Shown: positions 8,708-19,894, counted from the stretch's first letter. The stretch: DNA of 57,953 bases from Rickettsia typhi (GCA_945900795.1 CAMDJN010000003.1:1-57953); one strand, 5' to 3'. Made by a program: numbers and translations. The notes: a model not told the origin generated them from the sequence alone.

Positions 8708-8750
8708 AATTTATTTCACGAAGAATAAATCTTCTCTGATTGTGATTAGT

Positions 8751-9254
8751 TTAGTTAGTTAAGTCTAGGAACATGACATAAGCATCGACATAACCTAAAT
8801 CCTTGTGATCAAAGGCTTTCGGAATGGTACCAATGATTTTGAAACCTACTGATTGCCAAGATTTTACTGCCGCAACATTAGTTGAAACAACGAAATTAAA
8901 CTGCATGGCTTTGTAACCAAGTTCTTTTGCTATTGCAATTGAATGGGTACCCAGAGCCTTGCCAATTCCGATTCCACGTAAATTCTCATCAACGATGTAG
9001 CTGGCATTTGCGATGTGAGATCCACGGTCGATTTGGTTTGGTTTTACAAGTGAAGCCCCGGCAATTTTTCCATTAATTTCAGCAACGAAAGTCTTTGCCT
9101 TTTTGTTCATCCATTTTGCGTAGGCCTCGTCTTTCGTAGTATCCGCGCGGTTTACATAAGTATCGCCTTTGGCAATAATCGTTTTAAAAATTCGCCAAAT
9201 CTCGTCAAAATCTTTTTCTTCTGCTAATCTTATTTTTACTTCGGATTTATTCAT
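8751..9254 (-). CDS. GNAT N-acetyltransferase
   Basis: HIANASYIV...RGIGIG...AMQFNFVVSTN motif. Confidence 0.9.
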   Translation of the reverse strand: MNKSEVKIRLAEEKDFDEIWRIFKTIIAKGDTYVNRADTTKDEAYAKWMNKKAKTFVAEINGKIAGASLVKPNQIDRGSHIANASYIVDENLRGIGIGKALGTHSIAIAKELGYKAMQFNFVVSTNVAAVKSWQSVGFKIIGTIPKAFDHKDLGYVDAYVMFLDLTN

Positions 9255-9793
9255 TTTTGTGGCGCAGAACATTGTCTGTCAATCTGCGAGCCAATTTTAA
9301 AACTCTGCCCCGCCTTCAAATCATCAAGGATTTTTAAGAAATTTTCTGTGGTTAAATCTTCGACGAAATCATCATTAATCTGGACCACTGGGGCATTAAC
9401 GCAAGCGCCCAAACACTCAACTGTTTTAAGTGTAAAAAGACCATCTGCTGTAGTCTCATCTATTTCGATTCCTAATTTTTCTTTACAAGATTTAATAATT
9501 GAATCGATGCCGCGAAGCATGCAAGGTGTAGTTTTGCAGAATTGTAACAAATATTTTCCAACTGGCTTTAAGTTATACATCGTGTAAAAACTTGCCACTT
9601 CGTAAACTTTAATTTCAGGCATTTTTAGAAGATCGGAAATGTGTTTTATAACATCTTTTGAGATCCAATTTTCATTTTGCCTTTGTGCCAGATCAAGTAG
9701 CGGCATTACTGCCGATTTCTTTCTCTCATGCGGATATTTCGCAATTATTTCTTCAACTTTTTTCTGATTTTCTGTAGTAAAAGCGAATGTCAT
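9251..9793 (-). CDS. nuoE: NADH-quinone oxidoreductase subunit E
   Basis: VASFYTMY, CKTTPCMLRG, VECLGACVNAP 2Fe-2S ligands. Confidence 0.97.
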   Translation of the reverse strand: MTFAFTTENQKKVEEIIAKYPHERKKSAVMPLLDLAQRQNENWISKDVIKHISDLLKMPEIKVYEVASFYTMYNLKPVGKYLLQFCKTTPCMLRGIDSIIKSCKEKLGIEIDETTADGLFTLKTVECLGACVNAPVVQINDDFVEDLTTENFLKILDDLKAGQSFKIGSQIDRQCSAPQK

Positions 9794-9823
9794 TTTTGAA
9801 ATTAATTATGCTTGAAGTTAGGA

Positions 9824-11038
9824 TTACCAACGCTTTTCAAATTTTTTTCTGAGTATAATTGCAACAGAATTAAGCAAGATTAAGAAACCTAGCAAAACCA
9901 AAATTGCTGCTGCGGTTTTCTCAGCGAAACCGAATTCTGGACTGTCGGACCAGAGATAAATCTGCACGGGCAAAACGGTTGTTGGATCAAAAAAGTTTTG
10001 AGGGATATCCGCAATAAAAGCAACCATACCAATCATCAATAACGGAGCGGTTTCGCCAAGCGCTCTTGAAATTGCAAGGATTGTTCCGGTCATAATTCCT
10101 GGAACGGAAAGGGGTAGAAGATGATGCAAAGTAATCTGCAATTTAGATGCTCCAAGGGCGGATGCCGCTTCTCTAATCGAGTTCGGAATTGAGCGAATTG
10201 TATTGCGAGTTGCAATTATAACAACTGGCAGAACCAGCATGAAGAGCGTCATGCCACCAACCAGAGCAGAAGATCTGGGAAGATAAAAAAACTGCAAATA
10301 TACAACCAAACCGAGTAATCCGTAGATAATTGATGGTATTGCTGCAAGGTTATTGATGCTGATTTCAACAATGTCGACCAAATGATTTTTTGGAGCAAAT
10401 TCTTCCAGATAAAAAGCGCACATCACGCCTATTGGAAATGCAAAAAGTAGGAAGATTGTCATAACAAAAAATGAACCAACCAAACCAGCTGCTATTCCAG
10501 CTATTTCCGGCTCTCTAGAATCGGCAAAAGTAAAAAATTTCCAGTTAAAAATTTTCCTGATCATTCCTTTTGAATTCAAATCTTCGAACCAAAAAATTTG
10601 TTTTTCGCTAATCATGGTATCGGCCCCATGTTTGAAATAGGCGTCAACTTTTGCGGATGCGCTAAGCCAGACAATTCCTGATTTTCCAAGTAATTCTGGA
10701 TTCTTTTTGATCTGATTTTTGAGTTCAAGATTACTCACCTTGCTCACCATCTGATAAAGAGAATTTATTTCGGGAAGTTCAGTTGTGTTAGGAAAATTCT
10801 GCCTCAGTGAAGATTTTATTATAGCGCGGTGATCTATCGTTTCTGGGTTAAGTTCTTGGCTCAAATCGATTGGCAAGGCAATCTCGGTTCTAAAAAAAGC
10901 ACTAAAACTCGTGGTTAAAATCATCAAAAATAAGATGATTAGAAAACTGATGGCAAAGCTAACGGAGAGCAATCCATAGATTCTGAATCTATTTTCTTTC
11001 CGATGCCTTTTTTCCAAATTAGATATTTTATTACCCAT
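9824..11038 (-). CDS. pstA: Phosphate ABC transporter permease PstA
   Basis: NNLAAIPSIIYGLLG, EAASALGA, SRALGETAP. Confidence 0.95.
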   Translation of the reverse strand: MGNKISNLEKRHRKENRFRIYGLLSVSFAISFLIILFLMILTTSFSAFFRTEIALPIDLSQELNPETIDHRAIIKSSLRQNFPNTTELPEINSLYQMVSKVSNLELKNQIKKNPELLGKSGIVWLSASAKVDAYFKHGADTMISEKQIFWFEDLNSKGMIRKIFNWKFFTFADSREPEIAGIAAGLVGSFFVMTIFLLFAFPIGVMCAFYLEEFAPKNHLVDIVEISINNLAAIPSIIYGLLGLVVYLQFFYLPRSSALVGGMTLFMLVLPVVIIATRNTIRSIPNSIREAASALGASKLQITLHHLLPLSVPGIMTGTILAISRALGETAPLLMIGMVAFIADIPQNFFDPTTVLPVQIYLWSDSPEFGFAEKTAAAILVLLGFLILLNSVAIILRKKFEKRW

Positions 11039-12230
11039 ATTTTTTCTTAAAATTTTTCATCACCACCAAGGCAATAATGTTAAAAATAAAGGTAAAAACA
11101 AACAAAGTAAAAGCTAAGGCAAAGGCGGCCAGGGTTTTTGGGGAGTCGAATTCTTGATCTCCAGTTAAGAGTGTTACGATTTGTACTGTCGCAGTTGTGA
11201 CAGAGTCTAGTGGATTGATGGTAAGCTTTGCAACCAATCCTGCAGCCATTACAACGATCATCGTTTCACCAATCGCTCGGGATAATGCTAAAATTAAGGC
11301 ACCGATAATACTTGGCATTGCAGAAGGTAGGACAACTTTTTTGATAGTTTCTGATTTAGTGCTGCCCATCGCTAAAGCGCCATCCTTTAATGCTTGAGGG
11401 ACGGAATTTAGAGCGTCATCTGTGAGGGATAGTATGAAGGGAATAATCATTATTCCCATTACAAACCCAGCTGCTATTGCACTTTCGGAGGCAATTTCAA
11501 GACCAAAGAATGAGAAAAAATGTTTAAAGAATGGCGCGATGATAATTGCAGCAAAATATCCATAAACAACAGTCGGGATGCCGGCCAATATTTCTAAAGC
11601 CGGTTTGCTGTAGTTACGAAATTGCGGTTTAGCGTAGAAACAAAGGTAAATCGCGCCCATAATCCCGAGCGGGACAGCCACAAACATCGCAACCAAAGTA
11701 ACCAGCAATGTTCCAAGAAAAACGGGAATAATACCGAAACTACCACTTCCGACAGACTGCTCTGCGTTAATTGCCATTTGTGGATTCCAGCTAGTTCCAA
11801 AGAAAAAATCTAACGGATTTACAAGTTCAAAAAAGCGTAAAGTTTCAACAAAAATGGAAAGCGCAATTGCTACAGTGATTAGAATTCCGATTCCGGCAGT
11901 AATAGCCAAAACAAACACACTCACTTTTTCTATCTGCTTCTTAGCATTAAAGTTTCTCCGATGGGAAAATTTTATTAGTAAAAAACTGGTTCCGATAAGT
12001 AAAAATAATAAAAAATCTTTTGTAAAATCGTTAAAGGAAGTCAGAAATATCGTAACAGAAAATATTGCAGACCAAAGGATAAAACAGTAAACATAGTGGG
12101 CTGGAAGGGAGGAAAAACGAATTACGCTACCAAACTCCTCTTGCACTTGTAGACGAAATTTTTTGATATGACCACTTAGTAAAAAACTAAATGCAAAAAC
12201 TAAGGTGATTGAAATACCCAAAAATATCAT
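11031..12230 (-). CDS. pstC: Phosphate ABC transporter permease PstC
   Basis: LEILAGIPTVVYG, SRAIGETMIV. Confidence 0.95.
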   Translation of the reverse strand: MIFLGISITLVFAFSFLLSGHIKKFRLQVQEEFGSVIRFSSLPAHYVYCFILWSAIFSVTIFLTSFNDFTKDFLLFLLIGTSFLLIKFSHRRNFNAKKQIEKVSVFVLAITAGIGILITVAIALSIFVETLRFFELVNPLDFFFGTSWNPQMAINAEQSVGSGSFGIIPVFLGTLLVTLVAMFVAVPLGIMGAIYLCFYAKPQFRNYSKPALEILAGIPTVVYGYFAAIIIAPFFKHFFSFFGLEIASESAIAAGFVMGIMIIPFILSLTDDALNSVPQALKDGALAMGSTKSETIKKVVLPSAMPSIIGALILALSRAIGETMIVVMAAGLVAKLTINPLDSVTTATVQIVTLLTGDQEFDSPKTLAAFALAFTLFVFTFIFNIIALVVMKNFKKKYG

Positions 12231-12301
12231 GCTTGTTATCTTTTTGAAGTTGTCTTATGTCCATTCAGCCTAAAGAAGCTAAGGGTTTGTGGAAATCGCA
12301 G

Positions 12302-12341
12302 TACCAAACATAGTTCGGTATCTTCAATCATGCTCGGTATA
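12302..12341 (+). repeat. Solo TACC...GGTATA hairpin module
   Basis: TACCAAACATAGTTCGGTATCTTCAATCATGCTCGGTATA closely matches 22912-22951. Confidence 0.75.
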
Positions 12342-12371
12342 ACGTGGTACGACTTTTAAAGTTATGAATTT

Positions 12372-13112
12372 ATGAAAAAAATCAGAATTTTTCTTGCGAA
12401 TGAAGATTTGCAATTGGGCAGTGAAATAGAGGTTGAAGGCAATAATTTTGAATATCTAAGCCGAGTAATGCGCCAAAGAATTGGTGATAAAATTTTTGTC
12501 TTCAATGGTGTTGACGGAGAGTTTTTGGCTGAACTTAATTCGATTACCAAAAAATCACTCAACATCAGGATTATTCAAAAAATTTCTGATCTAAAAAAAG
12601 TTGCAAACATCACTTTAGCATTTGCTTTGATCAAGGGTGCGCGCATTGATTATATCGCGGAGAAAGCAACGGAGCTTGGAGTAGCAAGGTTTCAGCCCAT
12701 TATTACGCAACACACAATTTCTGATAAAATCAACTATGAGCGTTTCCGGGCTAATGTGAAAGAGGCTTGCGAACAATGCGAGAGAAATGATTTTCCCGAA
12801 ATTGTGGAGGTAAAAAAATTGGAAAAGTTTTTGCTTACGAGTGAGGCGATAATTTTGTTCTGTGACGAGTCTGGCAAGGGTGAGAAGGCAAGTAGCATTT
12901 TGGATAAAATTAAAAACCTAGAAGAATTTTTAAGGCAAGAAATTGTGATTTTGATTGGTCCGGAAGGGGGATTTTCTGAGGATGAGTTTTGTAAAATTAG
13001 AAAATTGAAGAATTGTTATTCACTGAGCTTGGGGCCCAGAATCTTGCGTGCCGATACCGCAGTTGTTGCGGCCCTTGCCTTAGTGCAAGAGTTTCTTGGT
13101 GATTTTAATTAA
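12372..13112 (+). CDS. rsmE: 16S rRNA m3U1498 methyltransferase
   Basis: EKATELGV, EACEQC, IGPEGGF, SLGPRILRADTA. Confidence 0.96.
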   Translation: MKKIRIFLANEDLQLGSEIEVEGNNFEYLSRVMRQRIGDKIFVFNGVDGEFLAELNSITKKSLNIRIIQKISDLKKVANITLAFALIKGARIDYIAEKATELGVARFQPIITQHTISDKINYERFRANVKEACEQCERNDFPEIVEVKKLEKFLLTSEAIILFCDESGKGEKASSILDKIKNLEEFLRQEIVILIGPEGGFSEDEFCKIRKLKNCYSLSLGPRILRADTAVVAALALVQEFLGDFN

Positions 13113-13120
13113 AAGTGGGA

Positions 13121-13387
13121 ATGTTTGACTTAATAGGTTTTGTTGCAGCCTTTCTAACTACAGCCAGCTTTATTCCGCAGGTAATTCATACTTTAAAAAC
13201 AAAAGACACGTCCGGGATCTCTTTGCTGATGTATTCGATGTTTGTTGCTGGAGTTTTTTTATGGTTAATTTATGGAATTTTAATCAAAAACAATGTGATT
13301 ATCTCGGCCAATATTGTCACCCTGATATTATCTGGTACGGTGTTGGCGATGAAAATAAAAGCATCGTTTAGGCTATATCGCCATTAA
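13121..13387 (+). CDS. SemiSWEET / PQ-loop transporter
   Basis: LTTASFIPQV..TKDTSGIS, three hydrophobic helices. Confidence 0.92.
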   Translation: MFDLIGFVAAFLTTASFIPQVIHTLKTKDTSGISLLMYSMFVAGVFLWLIYGILIKNNVIISANIVTLILSGTVLAMKIKASFRLYRH

Positions 13388-14662
13388 AATCGCGTCGAAA
13401 TCGTTCATCATAATTTCTTTTTTCTCCCCTGTTTTTCTGTCTTTTACTTCCATCTTTCCTTCCGCAACGCTTCTTGGGCCAATGACGATTTGAGTTGGGA
13501 TTCCAACCAAGTCAGCGATTGAGAATTTTTGTCCAAGACTTGCCGTGGTGTCATCATACAAAACTTCGACATTCATGGATTGAAGCCTTTGATACAAGGC
13601 TTCGCAAGCATTATCACATGATTCATCCCCCCTTCTCGCATTAATTAAAATCACTTGGAAAGGAGAAATTTCTTTTGGCCAGACAATCCCCTTATCATCA
13701 TGATTCGCTTCAATTGCCGCTGCTACAACCCGCGAAACGCCAATGCCATACGATCCCATATTCGGGTAAAGATTTTTACCGGAAATGTCCATCACGCTTG
13801 CTCCCATTACTTTAGAATATTTTTGGCCAAAGTTAAAAATATGGCCAACTTCAATACCGCGCCTTGATCTCAAGCGATCTTCTGGCACTTTGCATTTCGA
13901 AGGATCATGCAGTTCATCTGCCATGGCATAAAGTTTTTGCAATTCCGCGATCTCAAAACTGTTCGAATCAAGAAGTTCATCAAGTTTGGAATCGTAATAA
14001 ATCGCACTCTCCCCCGTATCTGCCAAAATATGAAATTCATGCGATAAATCTCCGCCGATTGCTCCGGTGTCAGCACGTAGGGCTATCGGCTTTAAACCCA
14101 AAGCGCGAAAGATTTTGAAGTAAGTTTTGTACATCAAATCATAAGTTTTTCTTGCACTAACTTCATCCAGGTCAAATGAGTAGGAATCCTTCATCAAAAA
14201 TTCGCGACCACGCATCAATCCAAAACGCGGACGAATCTCGTCACGAAATTTCCAATGAATTTGGTAAAAATTTTTCGGCAGATCTTTGTAGGAATTAATA
14301 TTTTTACGAAAGATATCCGTTACAACTTCCTCATGTGTTGGCCCGTAAAGAATATCGCGGTCATGACGATCCTTGATGCGCAGCATTTCTTTTCCGTAAG
14401 CCTCGTAACGACCCGACTCAATCCACAGCTCTGCTGGCTGAATGGTTGGCATCAGAATTTCTAACGCTCCCGCCTCATCCATTTCGCGCTTAATAACCGT
14501 CTCAACTTTGCGTAAAACTTTTAGACCTAAAGGAAGCCAGGAGTATATCCCAGAGGCTGTTTGACGAATCATTCCAGCACGAACCATGAGTTGATGCGAC
14601 GCTATAGTTGCATCAATCGGATTTTCTTTGAGTGTCGGAAGAAAGTAAGATGAGAGTTTCAT
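13373..14662 (-). CDS. proS: Proline--tRNA ligase (short form)
   Basis: GPTHEE, FRDEIRPRFGLMRGREF, IEVGHIF. Confidence 0.97.
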   Translation of the reverse strand: MKLSSYFLPTLKENPIDATIASHQLMVRAGMIRQTASGIYSWLPLGLKVLRKVETVIKREMDEAGALEILMPTIQPAELWIESGRYEAYGKEMLRIKDRHDRDILYGPTHEEVVTDIFRKNINSYKDLPKNFYQIHWKFRDEIRPRFGLMRGREFLMKDSYSFDLDEVSARKTYDLMYKTYFKIFRALGLKPIALRADTGAIGGDLSHEFHILADTGESAIYYDSKLDELLDSNSFEIAELQKLYAMADELHDPSKCKVPEDRLRSRRGIEVGHIFNFGQKYSKVMGASVMDISGKNLYPNMGSYGIGVSRVVAAAIEANHDDKGIVWPKEISPFQVILINARRGDESCDNACEALYQRLQSMNVEVLYDDTTASLGQKFSIADLVGIPTQIVIGPRSVAEGKMEVKDRKTGEKKEIMMNDFDAILMAI

Positions 14663-14757
14663 TTGTTGATTTTTGTCGTAATTATTGATGTAGGACGTAT
14701 TAACATTGTCCTGAGTAGGTATAAAATTATCAGAACAAAATAATAATCTGCAAAATC

Positions 14758-15876
14758 ATGTTAGAAAAATTTTTATCCAATGTTCAAAAACTTAAACATG
14801 ATTCACAATACCGAGTCGTTATCGAGTCTGATGCGGTTGACTCCATTACAATCAAACGCTTGGTTAATGGTACAGTTAAAAAATTCACCTCTTTTTGCTG
14901 CAATGATTATCTTGGGCTTTCTCACAATAAAATTGTAAAGAAAGCAGCAATTAAAGCCATTGAGCAATATGGAGTAGGAGCCCGCGCTTCGCGTTACGTT
15001 ACGGGAAATAATTCACTTTATACCAAGCTAGAAAAGAAAATTGCTAAGTTAAAAAAAACTGATGATGCGATAGTTTTTTCCTCCGGGTATTTAACGGCGA
15101 TCGGTGTGATTCCGGCATTAATTGGTAGCGATGATCTGATTGTTGCAGATCGCCTAATTCATTCTTGCCTGATTGATGGATCAAAATTATCTGGTGCACG
15201 ATTACTACGTTTTCGACATAATGACATTGAACATTGTAATAAAATTCTGGAAGAAAATCGTAGTAAATTCAAAAGATGCCTACTCATCACCGAGTTAGTA
15301 TTTTCAATGGATGGCGATGTTGGGAGAGTGCAAGAACTATTGAACTTAGCAAAAAAATTTAATGCGATTCTCTTGTCTGATGCCGCTCATGATATTGAGT
15401 TTAATGGCAACTTTTCTGTTAAAAATCATCTAAAAATTGGAACTCTATCAAAAGCTGCCGGCTCTCTTGGCGGATATGTTTCTGGCAATAAAACTATCGT
15501 CAGTTATTTACGAAATACTGCAAAATCTGTGATTTACTCAACAGCACTTCCCCCAGCTGTTTTAGCGGCCTCCCTAGCCTCTCTAAAAATTATTGAGCAA
15601 GGAAAGTTACAAAAAAAAGTTTTACAAAATGCAAAATATTTTTGTGATTTGATGAATTTGCCAAATCCAGAATCGGCAATTGTTGTGATAATTCTTGGTG
15701 ACAATAAAAGAGTTTTAAAGATTGCGAGCAATGTGGCAAAAAAAGGATTTTTGATTTCTGCAATAAGACCACCGACGGTAGAGCTAGGAAAGGCAAGGCT
15801 TCGTATTACATTTTCGACAATGCATACCAAGCGACAAATTAAAGCATTGGTAGATATTTTGCGTTGCGAGTTATGA
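14758..15876 (+). CDS. bioF: 8-amino-7-oxononanoate synthase
   Basis: NDYLGL, VFSMDGD, GTLSKAAG, AIRPPTV. Confidence 0.92.
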   Translation: MLEKFLSNVQKLKHDSQYRVVIESDAVDSITIKRLVNGTVKKFTSFCCNDYLGLSHNKIVKKAAIKAIEQYGVGARASRYVTGNNSLYTKLEKKIAKLKKTDDAIVFSSGYLTAIGVIPALIGSDDLIVADRLIHSCLIDGSKLSGARLLRFRHNDIEHCNKILEENRSKFKRCLLITELVFSMDGDVGRVQELLNLAKKFNAILLSDAAHDIEFNGNFSVKNHLKIGTLSKAAGSLGGYVSGNKTIVSYLRNTAKSVIYSTALPPAVLAASLASLKIIEQGKLQKKVLQNAKYFCDLMNLPNPESAIVVIILGDNKRVLKIASNVAKKGFLISAIRPPTVELGKARLRITFSTMHTKRQIKALVDILRCEL

Positions 15877-17708
15877 AAAAAAATTCTCAAACACACATTA
15901 GTGAAACCAAAGAGAAATTAGTTACAATACTACAAAATCTAGCTGGAGACGGTGCTTTGCAAATCGAATTTGAGGAAGAGGTGAAGAATAATTTCTTTGC
16001 CTGGAATCAAAATCTGGTGAGTGGCTCTGGCGATAAAAAGAAAGTTGTTTTGCCGGAAGTAAACCTTGCCGAGCCTGATAATCACGAATTAATAGAGCAA
16101 TTCCGAGCAGTGTCAGATATGGCTTTGTGCTATATTTTATTTCACGATAAAAAACTTAATGACGACAAAAATTACACAGAAGAGGAATGGAAATTCTTTA
16201 ACGAATTTGAAAAAATTCGCGTAATTTCCCTGGTAAAGAATTTGTTTCGTGGAGTAGTAAAAAATATTTTGGAGCGATTGAGGTCAGATTTTTCTGAGAG
16301 GTCGGAAGGTGATGACACGAATTTGAGTTTGATTTTTTTAAAAGAAATTTTTCCTGATACCAAAAATCTAACTGCTGATTATGATAAAAATTTGAGTAAA
16401 AATATTAAGAAAGAGGTTAAGAGTCTTAGGCAATCAATCTACAACCAGGCCTTATTTTTTCAACATGTAGAGAGAATTTTAGAACTGCTTAAAAAAGAAA
16501 AAGAAGATAATTGCCACGAAAAGAAAGAAAAAAAATCACGAAAGATAAAAGATAAAATTCCGCAAGATTTAACCTCATCAAACCAGGAAAATAGCGAGCA
16601 AAAAACCGATAGTGATTTTTTGAATGATGAGAAGAGAGATGTAGTAGGCAAAGATTCTAAGCAGCAAAATGAATCTAAGCTTAGTGAAATTGAGAATGAT
16701 GAAAATGGTACCGATGTGCGCTTGGGAAGCGATAAGACTGCGCAAAGTGATGACACGATACAGTTCAAAAATCCCTACAAAGTTTTTACTAACAAATTCG
16801 ATGAGATAGTTTTTCCGCAAAAATTAATTCCAAAAAATGAGTTGGAATTGCTCCGATTGCAGCTTGATTTGAAGTTCACAAAATTGCAGACAATTTCAAA
16901 AAAAATCAGCCTGAAGCTAAAAAAAAAGCTACTCTCGAAACGAAATTTTCTTACAGAATACGATTCCTCCCTTGGAATTCTTAATCGCAAAAAATTATCA
17001 CGTTTGGTAATCGATCCTTTTTTGGAAGATATTTGGGTCAATGTCAGAGAGTACGAGTATCACGATACCGCAATCACAATTCTATTAGATAATTCAGGCT
17101 CAATGCGCGGTAATCCTATCGTTATGACAGCAATGGCTTGTGAAATTATTTCCGATATTTTGGAAAAATTTTCGATCAAAACGGAAATAATTGGCTTTAC
17201 AACAGCTGACTGGAGAGGGGGGAGAGCTAAAAAGCTTTGGGAAAGCTTAGGAAAAGAAAAAAATCCAGGCAGGCTAAATGAGCTTAGGCATATCATTTAC
17301 AAGCATTTCAAGCAGAGATTTAAGCGGTCGAGAGTAAATCTGGGATTAATGTTGAAGGAAGGAATTCTGAAGGAAAATATTGACGGAGAAGCCCTTTTAT
17401 TCGCACGCTCAAGACTAATGCAACAAAGTGAAAAAAGGAAAATTTTGCTGGTAATTTCTGATGGGACACCTGTTGACGATTCAACGGCCCTTGCTAATGA
17501 CTCAGATATTTTATCAGATCATCTTCGTCATGTGATCCATAAAATTGAGAGTTCTTCTACAAAATCATTAAGCAAACAATCGAGAATTGAGGTAGTTGGT
17601 ATTGGTATTGGACATACAACCGACGAGTTCTATAAAAACTCAATTACGATTAAGAATTTGGATGAGCTCGGGAATGCGATGATAGAAAAAATTACTGACT
17701 TGTTGTAA
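15873..17708 (+). CDS. cobT: Cobaltochelatase CobT-like protein (vWA domain)
   Basis: LLDNSGSMRG, PGRLNELRHIIYK, LKENIDGEAL, ISDGTPVDDST. Confidence 0.9.
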   Translation: MKKNSQTHISETKEKLVTILQNLAGDGALQIEFEEEVKNNFFAWNQNLVSGSGDKKKVVLPEVNLAEPDNHELIEQFRAVSDMALCYILFHDKKLNDDKNYTEEEWKFFNEFEKIRVISLVKNLFRGVVKNILERLRSDFSERSEGDDTNLSLIFLKEIFPDTKNLTADYDKNLSKNIKKEVKSLRQSIYNQALFFQHVERILELLKKEKEDNCHEKKEKKSRKIKDKIPQDLTSSNQENSEQKTDSDFLNDEKRDVVGKDSKQQNESKLSEIENDENGTDVRLGSDKTAQSDDTIQFKNPYKVFTNKFDEIVFPQKLIPKNELELLRLQLDLKFTKLQTISKKISLKLKKKLLSKRNFLTEYDSSLGILNRKKLSRLVIDPFLEDIWVNVREYEYHDTAITILLDNSGSMRGNPIVMTAMACEIISDILEKFSIKTEIIGFTTADWRGGRAKKLWESLGKEKNPGRLNELRHIIYKHFKQRFKRSRVNLGLMLKEGILKENIDGEALLFARSRLMQQSEKRKILLVISDGTPVDDSTALANDSDILSDHLRHVIHKIESSSTKSLSKQSRIEVVGIGIGHTTDEFYKNSITIKNLDELGNAMIEKITDLL

Positions 17709-17720
17709 AAATGAATGGCT

Positions 17721-18992
17721 TTACTTGGCCGTAGTAACACCCACCTTGCCTTCGAGATAATAAACCAAAAGATCTTGTTTGATTCGCTGTTCTTTTGTGC
17801 TGTCAAAATCCTTCACTAAAACCTCGCAATTTTTTGCCTCCTCCTCTCCGATGATTATAACAAAATGAGAATTATTTTGCGTGGCACGTTTCATTTGTTT
17901 TTTAAAATTTCCTTCAAACACAAAATCTGTTGCGATACCGTGGGCTCTAAGTTTTTGCGTGGTTTCTAAAGCAATTAATTTTTCATTGTCTGAAATGTAT
18001 ACTACAGTAATCGGACGTAATTTGGTTGAAACACAATCGCTAAGCATCATCAGGCGTTCAATGCCTGCAGCAAAGCCAATTGCCGGTATTTTTTTACCGC
18101 CCATTTTTTCAACCAAATTGTCATAGCGGCCACCAGCTAGAACTGTATTTTGAGCCCCCTCATGAGATGTAATAAATTCAAAAACTGTTGATGTGTAGTA
18201 ATCAAGCCCCCGCACCAAGCGTTCATTGACCCGATGCTCTACACCTAATTTGGTTAAAAAATTTAGAATTAAATCGAATCTCGATCTGGCTTCATTGGAA
18301 AAGAAATCTCCAATTTTTGGTGCAGAAGAAATTATCTCGTGATCTTTAGAGTCCTTTGAATCAAGGATTCGTAGAGGATTTTTTTCCAATCTAATTTGCG
18401 AATCTTGCGATAAATCACTTTTAAATTTGGAAAAATATAATTTTAAAGATTCTTCGTAGCTTTCTTTTGTCTGTTTGCATCCGAGAGAATTAATTTCCAA
18501 AGTTGTTTTGTTTAAAATCTTTAAATCCTTTAGAATGGCGCTTGCAAGCGTTATCATCTCAACATCACTAAGTAGGTTTTCTTCTCCAAAAATTTCAAAA
18601 TTTATTTGATGAAATTGTCTTTGACGTCCTTTTTGTGGGCGATCATAACGAAAAATTGGTCCGTAAGAAAAGAATTTGCGTGGTAAAATTTGCTGCAATT
18701 CTCCGTTAGAAATTAGCGCTCTGACTATTCCGGCAGTAAATTCTGGGCGAAGTGTAAGGAAATTTTCTGAACGATCTAGAAATTTATAAACTTCCTTGGA
18801 GACAATATCCGAATCTTCTCCCAGATTACGCTCAAAAATTTCACTGAACTCAAAAATAGGAGTTTGCAATTCCTCAAAACCAAAAATTTCACCACGCCTT
18901 TTTGCTGAATTAATTATGTGATTGAAGGTTGTAATTTCATCTCCGAAGAGATCTTTTGTGCCTCTGACAGGCTGTAGTTTGTGATTTGACAT
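17721..18992 (-). CDS. hisS: Histidine--tRNA ligase
   Basis: LRPEFTA, FRYDRPQKGRQRQF, LVRGLDYY, GGRYD. Confidence 0.97.
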   Translation of the reverse strand: MSNHKLQPVRGTKDLFGDEITTFNHIINSAKRRGEIFGFEELQTPIFEFSEIFERNLGEDSDIVSKEVYKFLDRSENFLTLRPEFTAGIVRALISNGELQQILPRKFFSYGPIFRYDRPQKGRQRQFHQINFEIFGEENLLSDVEMITLASAILKDLKILNKTTLEINSLGCKQTKESYEESLKLYFSKFKSDLSQDSQIRLEKNPLRILDSKDSKDHEIISSAPKIGDFFSNEARSRFDLILNFLTKLGVEHRVNERLVRGLDYYTSTVFEFITSHEGAQNTVLAGGRYDNLVEKMGGKKIPAIGFAAGIERLMMLSDCVSTKLRPITVVYISDNEKLIALETTQKLRAHGIATDFVFEGNFKKQMKRATQNNSHFVIIIGEEEAKNCEVLVKDFDSTKEQRIKQDLLVYYLEGKVGVTTAK

Positions 18993-19042
18993 GTTTAGAC
19001 AATGTTGAATTTATCCCCTAGTTACTTACGTTATTTCAAAAT

Positions 19043-19798
19043 ATGCAACTATCTTCCAATCAACAACAGCGCTATCTCAGAAATACTATTCTTCCAGAAA
19101 TTGGTGAAGAAGGGCAAAAAAAATTGTTAGAAGCGAAGGTTCTTGTAATTGGCGCTGGTGGCCTTGGATCGCCAATTTTGCTTTATCTTGCAGCGGCAGG
19201 AGTCGGAAATATCGGCGTAATTGATGATGATTTGGTGGAGCTTTCGAACTTACAGCGTCAAGTGATTCACGATCAAGAGAATCTTGGAAAGAAAAAAGTT
19301 TTAAGTGCTAAAAAAAAGATTCTGGCGTTGAACGAAGATGTAAATGTAGAAATTTTTGATGAAAGGGCGAATCGTGAAAGTCTTGGAAAGATTCTGCCAA
19401 AATATGATTTTGTTCTTGACGCAACTGACAATTTTCCTACTCGTTTTATTATTAATGAACTTTGCCATAAACTTCAAAAACCTTTGATTTTTGCGGCTGT
19501 AAAGGGATTCTCGGGACAGGTTTCAATTTTTAAATCTTACGAAAAAAATCCATGTTACGCTTGTTTTAATCCTAACCTCGTTGATGAAAATTTTTCTTTA
19601 CCCCTTTCAGAAAAGGGAATTCTTGGATCTGTTGCAGGCGCGATTGGCGCACTTCAGGCAACTACAGTAATTCGTGAAATTTTAAAAATCGGGGAAAGTT
19701 TAGTTGGAAAAATTCTGATTTTTGATTTCTTGAAAAACGAATTCCGCAAAGTCGCCCTGAAGAAAAATCCAAACTGTAAGATTTGTCGAAATGTCTGA
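19043..19798 (+). CDS. moeB: MoeB/ThiF family adenylyltransferase
   Basis: GAGGLG, SNLQRQ, CYAC and C-terminal CKIC. Confidence 0.88.
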   Translation: MQLSSNQQQRYLRNTILPEIGEEGQKKLLEAKVLVIGAGGLGSPILLYLAAAGVGNIGVIDDDLVELSNLQRQVIHDQENLGKKKVLSAKKKILALNEDVNVEIFDERANRESLGKILPKYDFVLDATDNFPTRFIINELCHKLQKPLIFAAVKGFSGQVSIFKSYEKNPCYACFNPNLVDENFSLPLSEKGILGSVAGAIGALQATTVIREILKIGESLVGKILIFDFLKNEFRKVALKKNPNCKICRNV

Positions 19799-19894
19799 GT
19801 CTAAGAAAATCCAAGTTGCAAATTTATTTTTGGAAAAAGATACCTCCACCACTGATTTTAAAATTTCATCACCAAAATCAAACCTTAATCACCA